From the NCBI GenBank assembly GCA_030390025.1, contig CM059432.1:37078001-37142000 (forward strand): 64,000 bases of DNA. The letters run 5' to 3'. The notes under the pieces are model-generated. The model saw only the letters and a list, made by a program, of their open reading frames with translations. It did no database searches and was not told where the DNA came from. Shown here one piece after another: positions 36,897 through 50,909 of the stretch (the first letter of the stretch is position 1; every line of letters begins with the position of its first letter). A program made the position numbers and the translations under genes. The DNA is from Squalus acanthias. Taxonomy: Eukaryota.

Positions 36897-39800
36897 GTCA
36901 GAATGAACGCATTTTTCCCATTTCGCTATCCTTTCTTGTGCAAATCTCTCCTCCCTCCCCCAAAAAAGAAACCCAATAACGTGACTTGTTCCTTAGCATA
37001 TGTCAGTACTGACTCTGACCTGGTCCTCTTGTGCGAGCAAGTAGACTGTACAACACCCTGTGAGGATGTTCTAGATACCTACTTGGTCCCTCCTTCCTCA
37101 GTCTAAATGGTCATTTTTCATGTGTGAGCATAGACTGAGCGTTGGTAGGTGATGCACCGACTTGTCTGTCAATCCATCTAGTTTGCTATCAGGATAGCGA
37201 TCAGAAGTGGGATCCTCCCGAGCCAAGGGTGCGGAGACCAGTTGTGAAGCCCAACTGTTAACTTGTTTGAGATGAAATAACTCAGCACAGACAGGGCATC
37301 AAGCCCTGGACCTTCTACTCAGTCACAGTCACGTGCAGCCTTTACCAACTCTGCAATGAAGGTTGGTTTGTTGTGGGTAGGTGGGACAATCCATTGGCGC
37401 TCCAGTGCTCTTAGCTGTGAAGTGCTAGGCTGCAGTTGGTTCCCGTGGCCTTCCTGCACTGTTGTGATATCAGAAGCATTCCTTTACAGCAGGAAATCCC
37501 TCTCCCCATGTGTGTAAAGCTCAGCAACATTTCCAGAGGCATAGGAGCAAGTTATGTTGCTTCAGGGGGAAAAGAGTGACATGCAGACACTGAGAGGTGA
37601 GGGAAGACAGAGGAAATTAAAAGTAGCCTCTATGCTAGAATTTTAATATTTAAAATACAGGAACACAAACTGTAACCCCTACAAGACGTGATCAGTAATA
37701 AAATGTGGTTTAAACATGGTGCTGTTTGGGAGCAGTTACAAACCCTGACTGTGAGGGAGCTGGAGTAACATCAATGGAGATGTTGTGCACCATTATATTT
37801 CAATGCTGCTTTTAGCAGAATGGTATGAGACCAGCATCCCAGTGCTGATTTCTCCTGTTGACACTTGCACTGCTGCCATTCTCCACCAGACATTTGGCCA
37901 AAGGTGGCTATTTTATTGACTGCTGTGAAGACAAATTTTTAAAAATGTGTGTCTCGGCTACTGCAGGAGAAAGGAAATCAGCAAATTTGTATTAGCTGCG
38001 GCTGATGTTGTGTTTGCTGTTGGACAATGTTTTATAAATGTTAAGTGCCTAGAGTCAGTAACACAGGGCCCTGGGTTGGAGGCGATACTGAGCATGAAAA
38101 TGTAAGGGAGCTGGATTAACGTCAGTGGAGATAGTAACCTGGTGCTGGCTGGATTTGTCTTGCTGATATTACAGAACTACTTTAAATTAGCAGTTCTGTA
38201 TTTGTTTTGGCTGCTGGTGATGTGGATTTATATTATAGTAAATTGTGATTTCTAATTGTGGCTACTTGATCGTCCCTTGTGTCTGGAGAAGGTTTGTGCA
38301 GTTCAGCAAATGGAAAACACTTTGTGGTCGTACACTTAGCCTGGCTGGAGATGGTTGTTTTTGTTGCTGCTGTCTCTGAAGGCACCTCGAAAGGCCTCCT
38401 CTGGTGCTTGTGGGCTCTTTGGAAGGCCATAGCACAGCCTCACTCGCCGTTCAATGCTGCTGCCAGTCTGGGTTGAAAGTTAAGTGCAGCATCCCTGAGC
38501 CTGACTACCTGAGGGAGCCGAATTAACATCCTCAGACGGTTGTTAACTTGAGACTGTTGGTTGGGAGGAGTTACTGAGCCTGGCAATGTGAGTGAGGTGA
38601 AATAGCATCCCTCAGGGCACACTCATTTGCACAGGTTACTGGTTGGGAGGAGTTGGAGTGTGTTGTGTAGCTATAGTTCTTGACCTAGTTAGTGTAAGAC
38701 AATTTGAATCTGACAAACCAAAAATATTTGCAACGTAATCCTTGTGTTTGACCAAGTCTTTGACACACAATGTCTTTAAGCAGAAGACATACCGAGGAAT
38801 AAACAATATTACCCCGTGTTCCTCTGGGTAGAGGCGTGACTTTCATTGATCCTGTCGCTCCCGACTCAACAAATTGTTAAAGAAAGTTCAAGGTCATTAT
38901 GGGTCTATAGCCATGCACGCTGTCCGTCCTGATACATTATGGCATGACAATTGTTGTGAACAAGACCCCTAGAAATGAGAGTTTCTACAAACCACCAGAT
39001 GCCGACTTGTTTACCATTTTGGCCTATTGTCGCACTTCCTATCTCAAGTCTGTCTTGGCTATTTCGTTTCATGTGTGGGGACAAAAAGAAGTCAACAAGC
39101 ACGAATCACACATCCTGCACCTCAGCAGAAGCTAAACGGCAAAGTCGGTTAAGTGCGTTGATGCATTCAACCCTAAAGCAACCTTGGAATTAACAACTTA
39201 AACCATTACATTATTTCTAACTACAGTACATATTTCTAACTACAGTACAAATCTATAAACTAAGTAAAAAAAATAAAATAAACTTCAATCATGAGATTAA
39301 ACCAAATCCTAACGCTACACATGTATACAAGAATAGGCTATCTTGCACCTGCAAGCTTCAGTGATCGTCATTGTGTGCAGGTCCCTCATGTCAGACTCAC
39401 CCGTGTCCTATAGCCATTTTCCTTGGATGATATCATTGACACTCAATGATATAACTGACCTGAGAAACCCCAGAATATCAACTGCAATTCTTGATAATTG
39501 GATTTTTTTTTATTTTTTTTTCAAAGTGTTGGGTTTATTTGAGATGCAGTTTCTTGGGCAATTTACTAAGTGTTAATTTGAGAGACATTGCATTTTTTGT
39601 TTTGATCATCAAATGTTGTTGCAGGCAAATGGCATCTTCCCAATTTGGACACTGTCTGTAACGAGCAACACTTGGGTCTGGTACAGCAGGCCTTGATATA
39701 GGGTAGGCTTCTTTCTATCTTGGTCCAACGATTTCCCTTGCCCCCCGCCCGAACCTTTTGTGTGATGTTTTACATGCCCCTCATTTTTCTTTGCACTATT

Positions 39801-40460
39801 CTGCCCAGTGAGTGCTTTCCTTTCAATTATGGGTTCCTCTCTCTTTCTCTCTTTCCCCCCCACCCCCCCCACCCCCCACCCGGCTCACCACATATTACAG
39901 ATTGTAATCTGGTTGTTGGGCAGTGCGTGGGTTAAGCACTAATTTTTCCTGACCGGCCTTATCCTCGGCCCACATCTTCATAGTCAGGCTGGGAGTGGGG
40001 ATTTACTGTGTGTGGGATGAAGGTGTTGAGTTACGCACCTGCAGCTCTCTGCTAAAACGTGGTGTACGCTGGCTCACCGGGTTTAATGAATTTCAGTTTC
40101 CTAACTTTACAACATGACAGCAAGCCATTGCCAAAACTTCACTCGTATGTTTTGATGGGATGGAGGATAGTATTGAGTGTGGGGCTTGTGGAGGATTGTA
40201 AATGCATTTTCAATGCATCATCAAAAGATTGAAATGGAAAGGGTGAAATATGGCTGTTTTCTAACAATTTGTTCCAGTTTTTCTCCCAAAGAACTTAAGC
40301 TACACACTGCTACTTTTCGCCAGTGTTTCATCTTGTTTTCGAGGGTTTGATGGTGTCCATTGTGGGGATGGAGAGTGGAGTTCTTCATGTCACTGTAATT
40401 TGAGTAGAAATACACGTGTTATTTAATGGACTGAGCTAATTGAATTTCCCTGTCTTGTAG

Positions 40461-40532
40461 TATCCATGAGATTGAACGTCGTGCCTTGCCAGAATTCTTC
40501 AATGGGAAAAATAAGTCCAAAAGCCCAGAAAT
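40461..40532 (+). CDS. SMARCC1: SMARCC1 coding exon (SWIRM): [23 protein letters not shown](I)
   Basis: tcttgtag|T...GAAAT|gtaagt; 72 nt, phase 2-2. Confidence 0.95.
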
Positions 40533-42472
40533 GTAAGTAAACCTAATAAACTAAATATTTAAAAATAAGCATGCAAAGTGTTTTCTAAGATATGAATGTC
40601 ATTTTTAGTTTGAAAATCATTTCTGAAGTGCCTTTATTTCAAGGTTTGTCAGCTTGCCGTTAACTAGGGAGCATATTATTCTCTGCCATAAGCTTCATGT
40701 AACTAATGGGTTCAGTGCTCCTTGGATAAAGCTGATTGCTGGGCACTGGGTTCTGTGAGCCTGTGTTGTGACCCTTGTTAATAATACATGATACAAGTTT
40801 GTCGAATGGCTATTTTTCATTTCCATTTATTTGAATTCAGATTCATTGTAGTCTTGAGCTTTTGCTTTTGAGGCTCTGTTGCCATTTTGTAAGGACGCCT
40901 GTCTTTTTAATTCCCTTTAACTTCTCTTGGAGATACTCTGGGCTGCATTTTGCAGGTGAGCTGAGGCTGGAATCCTGCTTCCAGGCTTTCACCAGTGCTG
41001 TTCTTCACTAGTTCTTGGAGGTATGCAGCAACAGCCTCGTGCTAGTGTCTTGCCTCCAACCCCAGCCCCCAGCGAAGGGATGCCTGTATTCTGCTTAATG
41101 GCTCCCTATGGTTGAGATAGAAATGGGAATTAAAGCCTTATGACTCTGCAATGGTGGTCTGGCGGCGTCACTGTCGTTTGTGTGTGCGTGTGTGTATTCG
41201 GGGGTTTTGTATACTCCTTCAGTTTCTGTTCTGAGTGGAACAATTTTGCCAAAGACTGTGATGCCACTAACAGCACCATACCAATGTATTCCCATCAATC
41301 CACTCTGCTCTTCCAGCACTGTGATATTTAAATAGCAACTTTCCCTCCTTACTCCTCAGTCCAAGCTCGTCATGCTGACTATCGATCTGACCCTCATCTT
41401 GCGCCGTTTGTCTTTTTTAAGTGTGTGTGTGTTTTTCTTAACTCATTTAATCTCCAGTTATGTTGTAAAGTATCTCAAGGGAACATCCACTCTTTTCTTG
41501 GAGCGGGTTTTATAATGTAATGAAACAAATTACAAAGTACTGTTGTTTAAATGACACTAAATGATTTTATTTTCAGCTGTACAATTGACGATCTCCGAGT
41601 TCTGTCTTAAATTTGTTTTGAATTGAAATTAGCTTCTGCCCTGTGCTGGCTAAAGCATTTACAGCATCACTGCCGAGTGAGGACGAATCACATTGGCTAT
41701 TTAACCAAAACAAAATTTTGCTTGATGAAAAAGGAACAGAATACGGGTGTGCTCGTTAGAAAAGCGGAGAAAGAAATGAAGGGTTGGAGATGGGTTAAAT
41801 GCTGCTCAGTATTTGTTGTACTGTTTCATGTATCTGCTCCTTACAGAAACAGGAAAATAATTAACTTGTTGCAGTCACTTTGTTTACTTCTGATACACTT
41901 TTTGGAAGATAGCAAAATCTTGTGTGCGCGTGGGCAGGCTGACGGACGAGGGGAACAATAGCCAAATGCTCTCTTGTTCACTGGTGTGGGTCACCTAATG
42001 TATCTGGGAGTGGGTTGTGGCAGGATCCCATTGATTACTACTGCATGTTATCACTTGGTAAACTGGTGGTGACAGTATCACGGTTGTCCAACCTCTTTAA
42101 TGTGAGTGCCTCCATGTTTACAGTGAACAGTGAGCCATGTGTAAAATTTCATGACTGGTAAGTTGAGGACACCAGAGAGCCAATTTCAAGGTTGAAAACT
42201 AATTCTGATTCAAAGGACTTATTTATATCCCCTTAGGGGATGGGTGAAAACCTACAGTGTATGACTGGCAGTGTTTGTTTTTTCTGACTGGGGCAGTAAT
42301 TCATTAAACAGATTCTGCTTACAGCTGCTGTGTTCAGCTGAGCATCCCCTCTGATTGTGGGACATGCGATAATCTGGTTGGGAAACCAGTTGGAGTACCT
42401 CGAGTTTTAACATTGTGTGATTCTATGTTGCTATCTCTCAGGACCTGTTGCTTCAAAAAAAAAGTCAATTAA

Positions 42473-42613
<141 letters not shown>

Positions 42614-43469
42614 TAAGGATAAAAAAAATTTGTGGAGGGGGAGCAGAGGTGTGAAAAATTGAAGGAGGTGTCTACATTATCTTTGAGCACTACCCTTGCT
42701 CAGCCTGACAGGGACTCCGACCATGTTGAATAGTTGTGCGTTTGTTTGGCTCAGCTGGTTTTAAGATTATGGGTTGAAGCTTCACACCAAATTTGATGCT
42801 CCCATGCAGTATATTGAGAGATTAACTATTACCAGAAGGTACTGTCCTTTGGGTGAATCATTAAAATGACTCTACTTGTTCAGGTGGATGTTAATTCCAC
42901 AATAGAAAGAAGGTCCTTTTTCATCTGAACCAATCTACATTGTACCAGCAGAGGGTGAATTTCGGAGCAGGAGTAGGCCATTTAGCCCCTCAAGCCTGTT
43001 TCGCCATTCAATTAAATCATGGCTGATCTGTATGTTCTATGTAATTCTGTGTACCTCAAACTCCATGTACTTGCCTTAGTTCCCTAGCCCTTGTTCCTTC
43101 AGGGGGAGGGGGCAATGTTTTATGTTCACCCTTCGTTCTAATCACAATGCCGTGGAACATGAGTAAAAGCAACAAAAACGCGTTGGTCTCTGTGTGCAAA
43201 TAGGGTGTGTAGTTATTCCATGGTGAATAAATCACATGTTTTCTGCTGCTGTATGCGGGAGATCTGGGGAGCTGTAGGCAAATCTTTGTTGAAGGAAAAG
43301 GGATTTATGCCATTCTGCCCCTCTCCTGCTGTTTCTTGCCCCCCCCCCCCCCACCCCACCCCTCCGGGTGATGTGACGGCAATAGTACAAGTTTTATATG
43401 GTGGTTAAACCTATTGGGTGGGTGAGGGGGATGGAGATAATACACATCAACAGATAATCCAGCTGCAAA

Positions 43470-43915
43470 AAGACCTGGGCAGCTTGACACCATCCCAAGG
43501 CAAAGTAGTCTGCTTGATTGGTGCCCCTGCCAATACTGGCAATAGCCATCCCCTCCTCCACCAACACAACGTGGCTGAACAATGTAATGGCTGCAGTATG
43601 CACTGCAGTAACTTAGCAAACTTGTCTAACATCACTTCCCAGCCCTGTGACCTCATTCACCGAGAAGGATGAGATGCAATGACATGGGAACACTGTCGGC
43701 TCCTAAGTTGCACTCTATGTAACACGCCACCCTGACTGGGTGCATGTAGTTGTTCCTTCACTGTTGCTGGTACAAAATCCTGGGATTCCCTACCTAACAC
43801 AGTTGTGGGAGCAATATCTGGCACAAGGACCTGCAGAGGTTGAAGAAGATGCCCACCAGCACTGGGCGATGGGCAGTAATTGTAGCTTTGCCGCCATTCC
43901 CTGCATCGTGAAGTC
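43470..43915 (+). mobile_element. Old 3' fragment of the same CR1-group LINE family as 658-3303, with tail
   Basis: caaggcaaagtagtctgcttgattgg...atgcactgcag matches the reverse complement of ~700-930. Confidence 0.65.
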
Positions 43916-44639
43916 AAATATGTGTTGAGTTGTATTATTAACTGTTTTCCATGGCACCTAGTGGATGGAAGTGCTGCTTGGTATGGCACTGAACTATGTA
44001 GACCAGAAGTCACCAATTTGATGCTTGGTTTGTGTGAATTCATGCTATCACCTGGGACAGAAGTTGTGTACTGGAATTACCAAGGAATGGTAAAAATCAC
44101 CCAGGGTTCCTGCTCCTTGTCATCCAATATTCCCAGCTAGAAAGTGCACATTGGGCGAGAAGGGGATCAGGTTCCAACAGCCTGCTGCAGTCTGGGCTCA
44201 GATGAAGAATGGTCACTTGGTTCAAGTGTTGGAGGGCTGCTAGAGTTAATATGCTGAGGACAGGAGCAGCAAAATTTGAAAGACCAAGGAACAACATGGA
44301 CCTTTTTTGGTTAATTTTGAGCTCATCCGGTTGAGGGATGTTGGTGCTGGAGCATGGAACACTTGGCATTTTGGGTATCCAGCATCAGCATCGGACCCTG
44401 TCAGTCAGGGATAGAAGTGAAGTTTCTTCTGCTCTGCTGCAACAATATGCTTCAGTCCCAACCTCAACAGTGCTTCATTTTCCATTTCCCACATGAACCA
44501 TTCTGTGGCCTCGGTGTAATGGCCTGGCTTGTACTTCAGGTATGTTTCCAGCATATAGAGTATTGGGACTGGTTTGTCAAGCTACCAAAGGTAATGGATT
44601 TTTATTTTATTTTGCACTTTTCATGCCATCTGGAGGTCC

Positions 44640-45890
44640 TAAAATGCTTCACAACCAATTTAATTAATTCTAAGTGTAGTCACTGTTGTGTCGGAGAATA
44701 TGTGAGCCAATTTGACCACAGCAAAATCCCCAAAATCAAAGGAGTTAAACGTTTTGCTGCTGTTGGTTGAGCGATGAATGTTAACTAGACATGGGGAGAA
44801 CTCCGTTCCTCGGAGTAGTGCCACGGGATCTTGTATGTCCACCTAAAAGACAGATGGGACCTTCGTTTAAAGTCTTGTCCGAAAGATGGCATGTGTGACA
44901 GTACTGCACTCTCCCAGTACTGAGCTGCAATATCGCCTCGATTTGGGTTAACATAAGAACATAAGAAATAGGAGCAGGAGTAGGCCAATCGGCCCCTCGA
45001 GCCTGCTCCGCCATTCAATAAGATCATGGCTGATCTGATCCTAACCGCCAATCTACTATCTATCACAGAACCATCTCCTGCATCTAACAGAATTGCACAC
45101 ACGAAATAGGAGCAGAATCAGGCTACACAGTCCCTGGGCCCGCTCCACTACCCACAGGGCCATGACCGATCCGAACCTAGACTCATGTCCAAATTCCTGC
45201 CCGCTCCCCGTAACCCTTAATGCCCTTTACTTCTAGGAAACTGTCTATTTCTGTTTTAAATTTAATTAATGTTGTAGCTTCTACAGCTTTTTGTGGCAGC
45301 ATATTCCATGGACCTACCACCCTCTGAGTGAAGTAGTTCCTCCTCATCTCAGTTTTGAAAGAGCAGCCCCTTATTCTAAGACTATGTCCCCTAGTTCTCG
45401 TCTCACCCGTCATCGGGAACATCCTCCCCGCATCCACCCGATCCAACCCCTTCACAATCTTATATGTTTCAATAAGATCGCCTCTCATTCTTCTGAACTC
45501 CAATGAGTAGAGTCCCAATCTACCCAACCTCTCCTCATATGACCACCCCCTCATCCCCGGGATTAACCGAGTGAACCTTTTTTGCACTGCCTCGAGAGCA
45601 AGGATGTCTTTCCTTAAGTAAGGACACCAAAACTGTATGCAGTATTCCAGGTGCGGTCTCACCAATACCTTGTACAACTGAAGCAATACCTCCCTATTTT
45701 TATATTCTATCCCCCTAGCAATGAAAGCCAACATTCCATTTGCCTTCTTAATCACTTGCTGCACCTGCATACTAACCTTTTGAGTTTCGTGCACCAGGAC
45801 CCCCAGATCCCTTTGCACTTCAGGGTTTTGAGCCCATGACCCTCCCTCTGACTCTGAGGTGAGAATGCTACCACTGAACCAAGCTGACCC
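44640..45890 (-). mobile_element. SacSINE1-like DeuSINE split by a young CR1 insertion
   Basis: Deu-domain half at 44640-44949 (tagtgccacgggatctt); tRNA-like head at ~45823-45890. Confidence 0.65.
44950..45822 (-). mobile_element. Young 5'-truncated CR1 with intact ORF2 C-terminus
   Basis: Uninterrupted QRDLGVLVH...LVRPHLEYCIQFW...TRGHSLRI...GIKGYGE up to the stop at 45183; tail (ttcttatg)n. Confidence 0.9.
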
Positions 45891-46295
45891 TTTCTGAAGC
45901 GTATTTTGTTCCCTCCATAAGTAATGTCTCCATGATGTGCGGAGTAGTAAAATTGTAGGTTGTGTTGGAATTAAAATGTGAACCTGCGTCATTGGTGTCT
46001 TATTATTTGACTTTTTACTGGCTTTGGATGAAGATTTTAAAAATTAATGGCTGGGTTTTGAAGACTTGGTTGGGTTGCGGGTTGGAAAGGGCTTTTACTT
46101 TTTCCATTGTTGTCAAGGTTTGTTTCTTGAGGGAGTTGCCTGCCAACTTGCATGCTTCAGAACTGCTCTGTGTACACTTACCATATCTGCAGTGTGAGAG
46201 AGGGTCTTGAGATAACATCAAAATAGCAGATACTGTTGGCAGATGGCATGCTGTGACATTTTACTGTGTGCATTAATGTGCACTGCTTTCTTTAG

Positions 46296-46449
46296 AGTTC
46301 ATGCATTCCTGGAGCAGTGGGGCCTTGTGAATTACCAAGTGGACGCCGACAGTCGACCTCTGCCCATGGGTCCTCCCCCGACCCCTCACTTCAACGTTCT
46401 CGCAGATACACCCTCGGGCTTGGTACCGGTTCATCTTCGGACTCCTCAG
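46296..46449 (+). CDS. SMARCC1: SMARCC1 coding exon: [51 protein letters not shown]
   Basis: ttctttag|A...CCTCAG|gtaaga; 154 nt, phase 2-0; visible in ORF 46243..46554. Confidence 0.96.
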
Positions 46450-46505
46450 GTAAGACATGAGAAATCAACTGTTTGCCTTGCCTTTCCTCCCTTCTCTCTC
46501 TCTCT

Positions 46506-46537
<32 letters not shown>

Positions 46538-47105
46538 GGCTCTCATCAGTATAACCTCGAGCGGGGAGGGGGCGTGTTATTTACCAAGTTATTTGGTAAC
46601 TGGTGAGCAGCAGAATTACTTCATGTTACAATTTATTTATTTTTCTCTTTCATGAAAGCTTTGTGGAAATAAGTTATGATCTGCATTCATTTAAATGGTG
46701 CCCCACTAGGTTGTAAACACAGAAAATGCTGGTACCGCACAGCAGATTTTTGTTACCCTGTGGCGAGAGAAAAGGTGGATTGCACTTTGGGTGGACCAGC
46801 CATGCCTTTCCAGAATTTTCTGTTCATTTTGAATTTTCATCACGTACAGTTTGCAGGTGCAAAGTTAACTTGTTCGTTTTTATGTACTGCACCCCATTGA
46901 GTTCTTCCCTCCCTGATATTTTCTCCTGTCTTTTCTTTATATTCTGAGGCATGCCCAGTTTTCCCAAGTGCAAGAAAATCATGGAATGTTCATTTCACTG
47001 AATGCTTGGCTTCCTGCGTGTCTGAAATCCACAGCAAACTCCATTAATTGACTTGGTTTTCTAAATTATTATTTTGTTCTATGTCCACTGAAATCTCCTG
47101 TGCAG

Positions 47106-47222
47106 ATTCCTGCCTCTCAGCAGATGTTGAACTTCCCAGAAAAGCCAAAGGACAAACCGGCTGACCTACAGAACTTTGGACTGCGTACTGACATGTATAC
47201 AAAAAAAGGCACCTTAGCAAAA
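47106..47222 (+). CDS. SMARCC1: SMARCC1 coding exon: [39 protein letters not shown]
   Basis: ctgtgcag|ATT...GCAAAA|gtaagt; 117 nt, phase 0-0. Confidence 0.95.
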
Positions 47223-47324
47223 GTAAGTGTTTTATTTTTATTTAGCATGCATCATGGGTTTCTTGGGACAGGGATTGCTCTACCAGAAACAATGGTAGAA
47301 GCAAAATCCATAATTAAAAAAAAG

Positions 47325-47502
47325 ACTTGCATTAAGAAAGTGCCTTTCACAATCACCGGACGTCCCATAGCACTTTCCAGCCATTTAAGTACTTTTTTGA
47401 AGTGTAGTCACTTGTTTGCGCACAGAAAGCTCCCACAAACAACAATGTGACAATGACCAGATAATCTGTTTGTGATGTTGATTGAGATAAATATTGGCCA
47501 GG
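47325..47502 (-). mobile_element. 3' part of a DeuSINE / L2-type tail
   Basis: Reverse complement matches 19860-19997 and 62750-62925. Confidence 0.6.
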
Positions 47503-49658
47503 GAAGGAAAATGGATAAATGTTTAAGAATATTTTAAAGGGTCTATGGGGCAAGGGGAACAGGACTAAGCAGATAGCTCTGAGAGTTAACACAGGCAAGT
47601 TGGGGCACAACAGGCTCCTTCTGTGCTGTAAATGTTTTTGTTTTCGGAGCAGCAAAAGTGGAAATGTGACCCTTGAAGGTCACATTCTAATTGCTCTAAG
47701 TACACAGACAGGTCATTGAGTTTAATTGCTGTTCAGTTAGGGAATTGCAGATTGGAAAGTTTGTAAATTTCTGTGCTCCAACTCTCAAATAAAAGCTTGC
47801 AGCGACTGTATTTTTAAATACATTTGACACTTGAAATTCTAATGACTTCAGAGATTTTTTTCTAAATTTTTTTTGTAAGAAAGCAATAATAGTTTCAAGT
47901 TTTGCAAAGTAAAAGATTTCAATTGCTCTATTCTAAAATGTGTTCTTTTACATAATACATTCATGTTGTTCCTAAATGACATCTTTGAATTAGTCACTGT
48001 GAGCAAAGCTATGGGACAACTACTAGTCAGTCCAAAGCCAAATGAGAAAACAATCAACAGATTTAACGACAGAGGGACAAGAAATAAACATCTTAATGTC
48101 AAGTTATTCATGGGATCAACATGGAGTGTTTGTTTCCCATAGTTCCAGATTCAAGTCTGGTACTTTGGTTTTAAGCTCTTATGGCATGTTTTCCACTTGA
48201 AATAATTTACTAATCTTTTTGGATTTCCATTCTCCAAATAAGCTTGCAAACTGCTCGAGCCTCTGACCAATTTGTCACTATCTTCCATTTGGGGGTGAGG
48301 GAGGCAAGAAGTAAATGGTGTCCCTTTGGCGTTGTGGGTGGCTCCAAGGTGACATGGCTCGGGATGCAAGTTTGGAGCCAAGTTAACTCTAGCAATTGTC
48401 ATCTGATATCGCAGTCAGGCAGGTTCACAGTACTCCAGGGCTCTGATAGTGATTTACAAGCTGGCCTGTCTTAGAGTGCGATTCCTCCCACTGGCTCCAA
48501 ATGATTCTGCAATCTAGTGCCGTAAGGGATTGAGATGTCGTAGCGGGTGAGCTTCCTGGAACGTTGTAGTGATGTACGCTGTTCTGGCGGACTGGACTCC
48601 AGGGCTATGTCTGTGAGTACTTGAGGATCCATCAGCCTTGCCTCTGTCAACCTGCACCTAAAGTTGAATTTGGATAAATGGGGTTTATGCCTCTGGTAAG
48701 TGAGTGTGCCATCATATCGACCAAACAGATACTGGATTTCTCCACAGCTTACTTTAGAGGCTTTTGAATGGGGTGATGTGTTTCTGTACATATCTGGCAT
48801 GCAGCTAGCCCATTAAAATAGAAAACATTCAGTGATGGGAGAATGTGTGAGATGAACTCCCAGTGATTGCCCTTAACTTTATTGAAGACTCCTGCTTGTA
48901 GCCTTTCAGTGTTGCAGGGGGAGAGGAGCTCAGCTGATGGTCGTTTTTAAACTCTGCTCATTTTGTTTTAAATTTTTACTTTAAGTCCTCTTGGGTCTTG
49001 GGCAAGAGATTGGGGGTTGCTGATGGTTCATGAATAGAGGTGTTCAATTTCTGAAATTGGTACATGTAATTGCAGACCATAGGCATGTTCATTGTCCTTA
49101 ATTTTCAAAACCACACTCTAAATCAAATTGCATTATGCAGAGTTGTATTTTACATATGTCATTACAAGTGCACACTAATAAACTAAAATTTGTATCTTTG
49201 GATGCTGTTGTGTAGCAGCAGTTTTCATGCGATAGTTGATGCAGTTAAAAGCAGATGAAAGCTTGTTGCATATATTACTGTGCTGGTGGTGTTTCAGGGA
49301 TGTTTTTCAGCAAGGGATAGGAAGCTGATCCTTTTTGTCATCCCGTGATCCCTGCTGGAAAATGTGAGAGTGGTCATTGGATGGGGGACAGGTTCTGGAT
49401 CGGCTTTGATGCTCTCCACAGTTGAATATCCTGCCAATGCTCTCTGTTCTTGCGTGAAGCACAGCCATTTGGGCCAGCATCAGAGGGCTGCTGACACACG
49501 CGAGAGTGTATGCCAGCAAGGGTTTGTGCCGTGGGTAAAGGTGGTGGGGGAGCGGAGGTGAAAATGCCCAAAAAAACAAAAACCAGGATGGAATACTATG
49601 TTTAAGTGCCTTTTCATTTTGAATGTTCATATTTCTCCACTGTGCCTCTGTCTTGCAG

Positions 49659-49718
49659 CAAAGTAAGGCCAGTGCAGCCAGGGACTGGACAGACCAGGAA
49701 ACTCTGCTGCTCCTCGAG
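49659..49718 (+). CDS. SMARCC1: SMARCC1 coding exon (SANT start): QSKASAARDWTDQETLLLLE
   Basis: tcttgcag|CAA...CTCGAG|gtgagt; 60 nt, phase 0-0; contains WTxQETLLLLE. Confidence 0.94.
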
Positions 49719-50414
49719 GTGAGTGCTTCTCATTCATAACTTTACTCTGGGAGGTGTAGCTGGAATATTTAGTTCCTGGAAAAGCAGTTTCAGATTACAG
49801 CATTAAAATAATTGGTGGTTTATGTTGAGAGCTGTATGGAGAGACGATCTGAGTAAATTTGTAGTTAACTGCAAATTGTATATATTTTGTAACATGGTAT
49901 GTGCTTCCTTGTAATCCTCTACAAAGAGAGTGCAACAAGTTTTATTGGTTCTCTATCAGTCATGCTGCCAGGCCCTGTTGGCCATGTCAGTTTGGTGATT
50001 TCCATTCTAGTTTCCAGTGGGCAAAACAGAATGGTAGCTACCTCAGTACAAGTTTGTGATTGTCCTCTATCTATTGCGAAGTGGTGCATGTGACTATAAA
50101 AGCATGGAGCAGATGAATCTGTGTAAGACTTGATTTGGACACAGTTGGAGTATTGTGTGCAGTCTTTGGCACCCATTATAGAAAGGGTGGAAAAGGTGCA
50201 GTATAGGTTGGCTAGGCTTGTATGAGGGATGAGAGGGAAATTGTGATTTTAAAATCCAAAGCTGCATTCACTGGAGAGGTGGTGAAATCTAAGCAGTTCG
50301 AAGTTTTGAAAATAAAAAAGTGTAAGATTATTTCCACGACTTGGTCAACCTGTAGCAGGGGTACAAGAGGATAAAGAAGGAGAATTTTTTTCATACAAAG
50401 GGCAATTTGCCCAT

Positions 50415-50727
50415 CAACCCTCAGATCTCTGCGCTCCTCCAATTCTGGCCTCTTGCACATCCTCGATTTTCTTCGCTCCACCATTGGCGGCCATGCCTTC
50501 AGTTGCCAAGGCCCTGAGCTCTGGAATTCCCCCCTAAACCTCTCTGCCGCTCTACGTCTATCTCCTCTAAGACGCTCCTGAAAACCACCACCTTTGACCA
50601 ATCTTTTGGTCACCTGTCCTAATATCTGTTTGTGGTTAGGTGTGAATTTTGTTAGTCACTAAGCGAGACTAAGCACCATGACATGTTTTCCTATGTTAAA
50701 GGAGCTATATAAATGCAAGTTGTTGTA
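50415..50727 (+). mobile_element. L2 3' end
   Basis: Similar to 4070-4339; ends tgttaaaggagctatataaatgcaagttgttg. Confidence 0.8.
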
Positions 50728-50909
50728 TTGGGAGCAAGTCAATCACTACATTAAGCAGCAATTCGGTGAATATTTGGGGGTAAAATTCAAGGGTACAGGG
50801 AGATGGTATTAAACTGGATTGCCCTGGTGTGACACTGGCATAGGTATAAATGGTTGATTGGCTCACTCAGTACTGTATTTTTGTGTTGAAAAGATGAAGT
50901 CATGAAATA

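Noticed and set aside
45183..45992. 269-aa chimeric ORF as a novel gene
   Set aside because: Chance read-through from intron and SINE sequence into a truncated CR1 ORF2, with no promoter or splice support.
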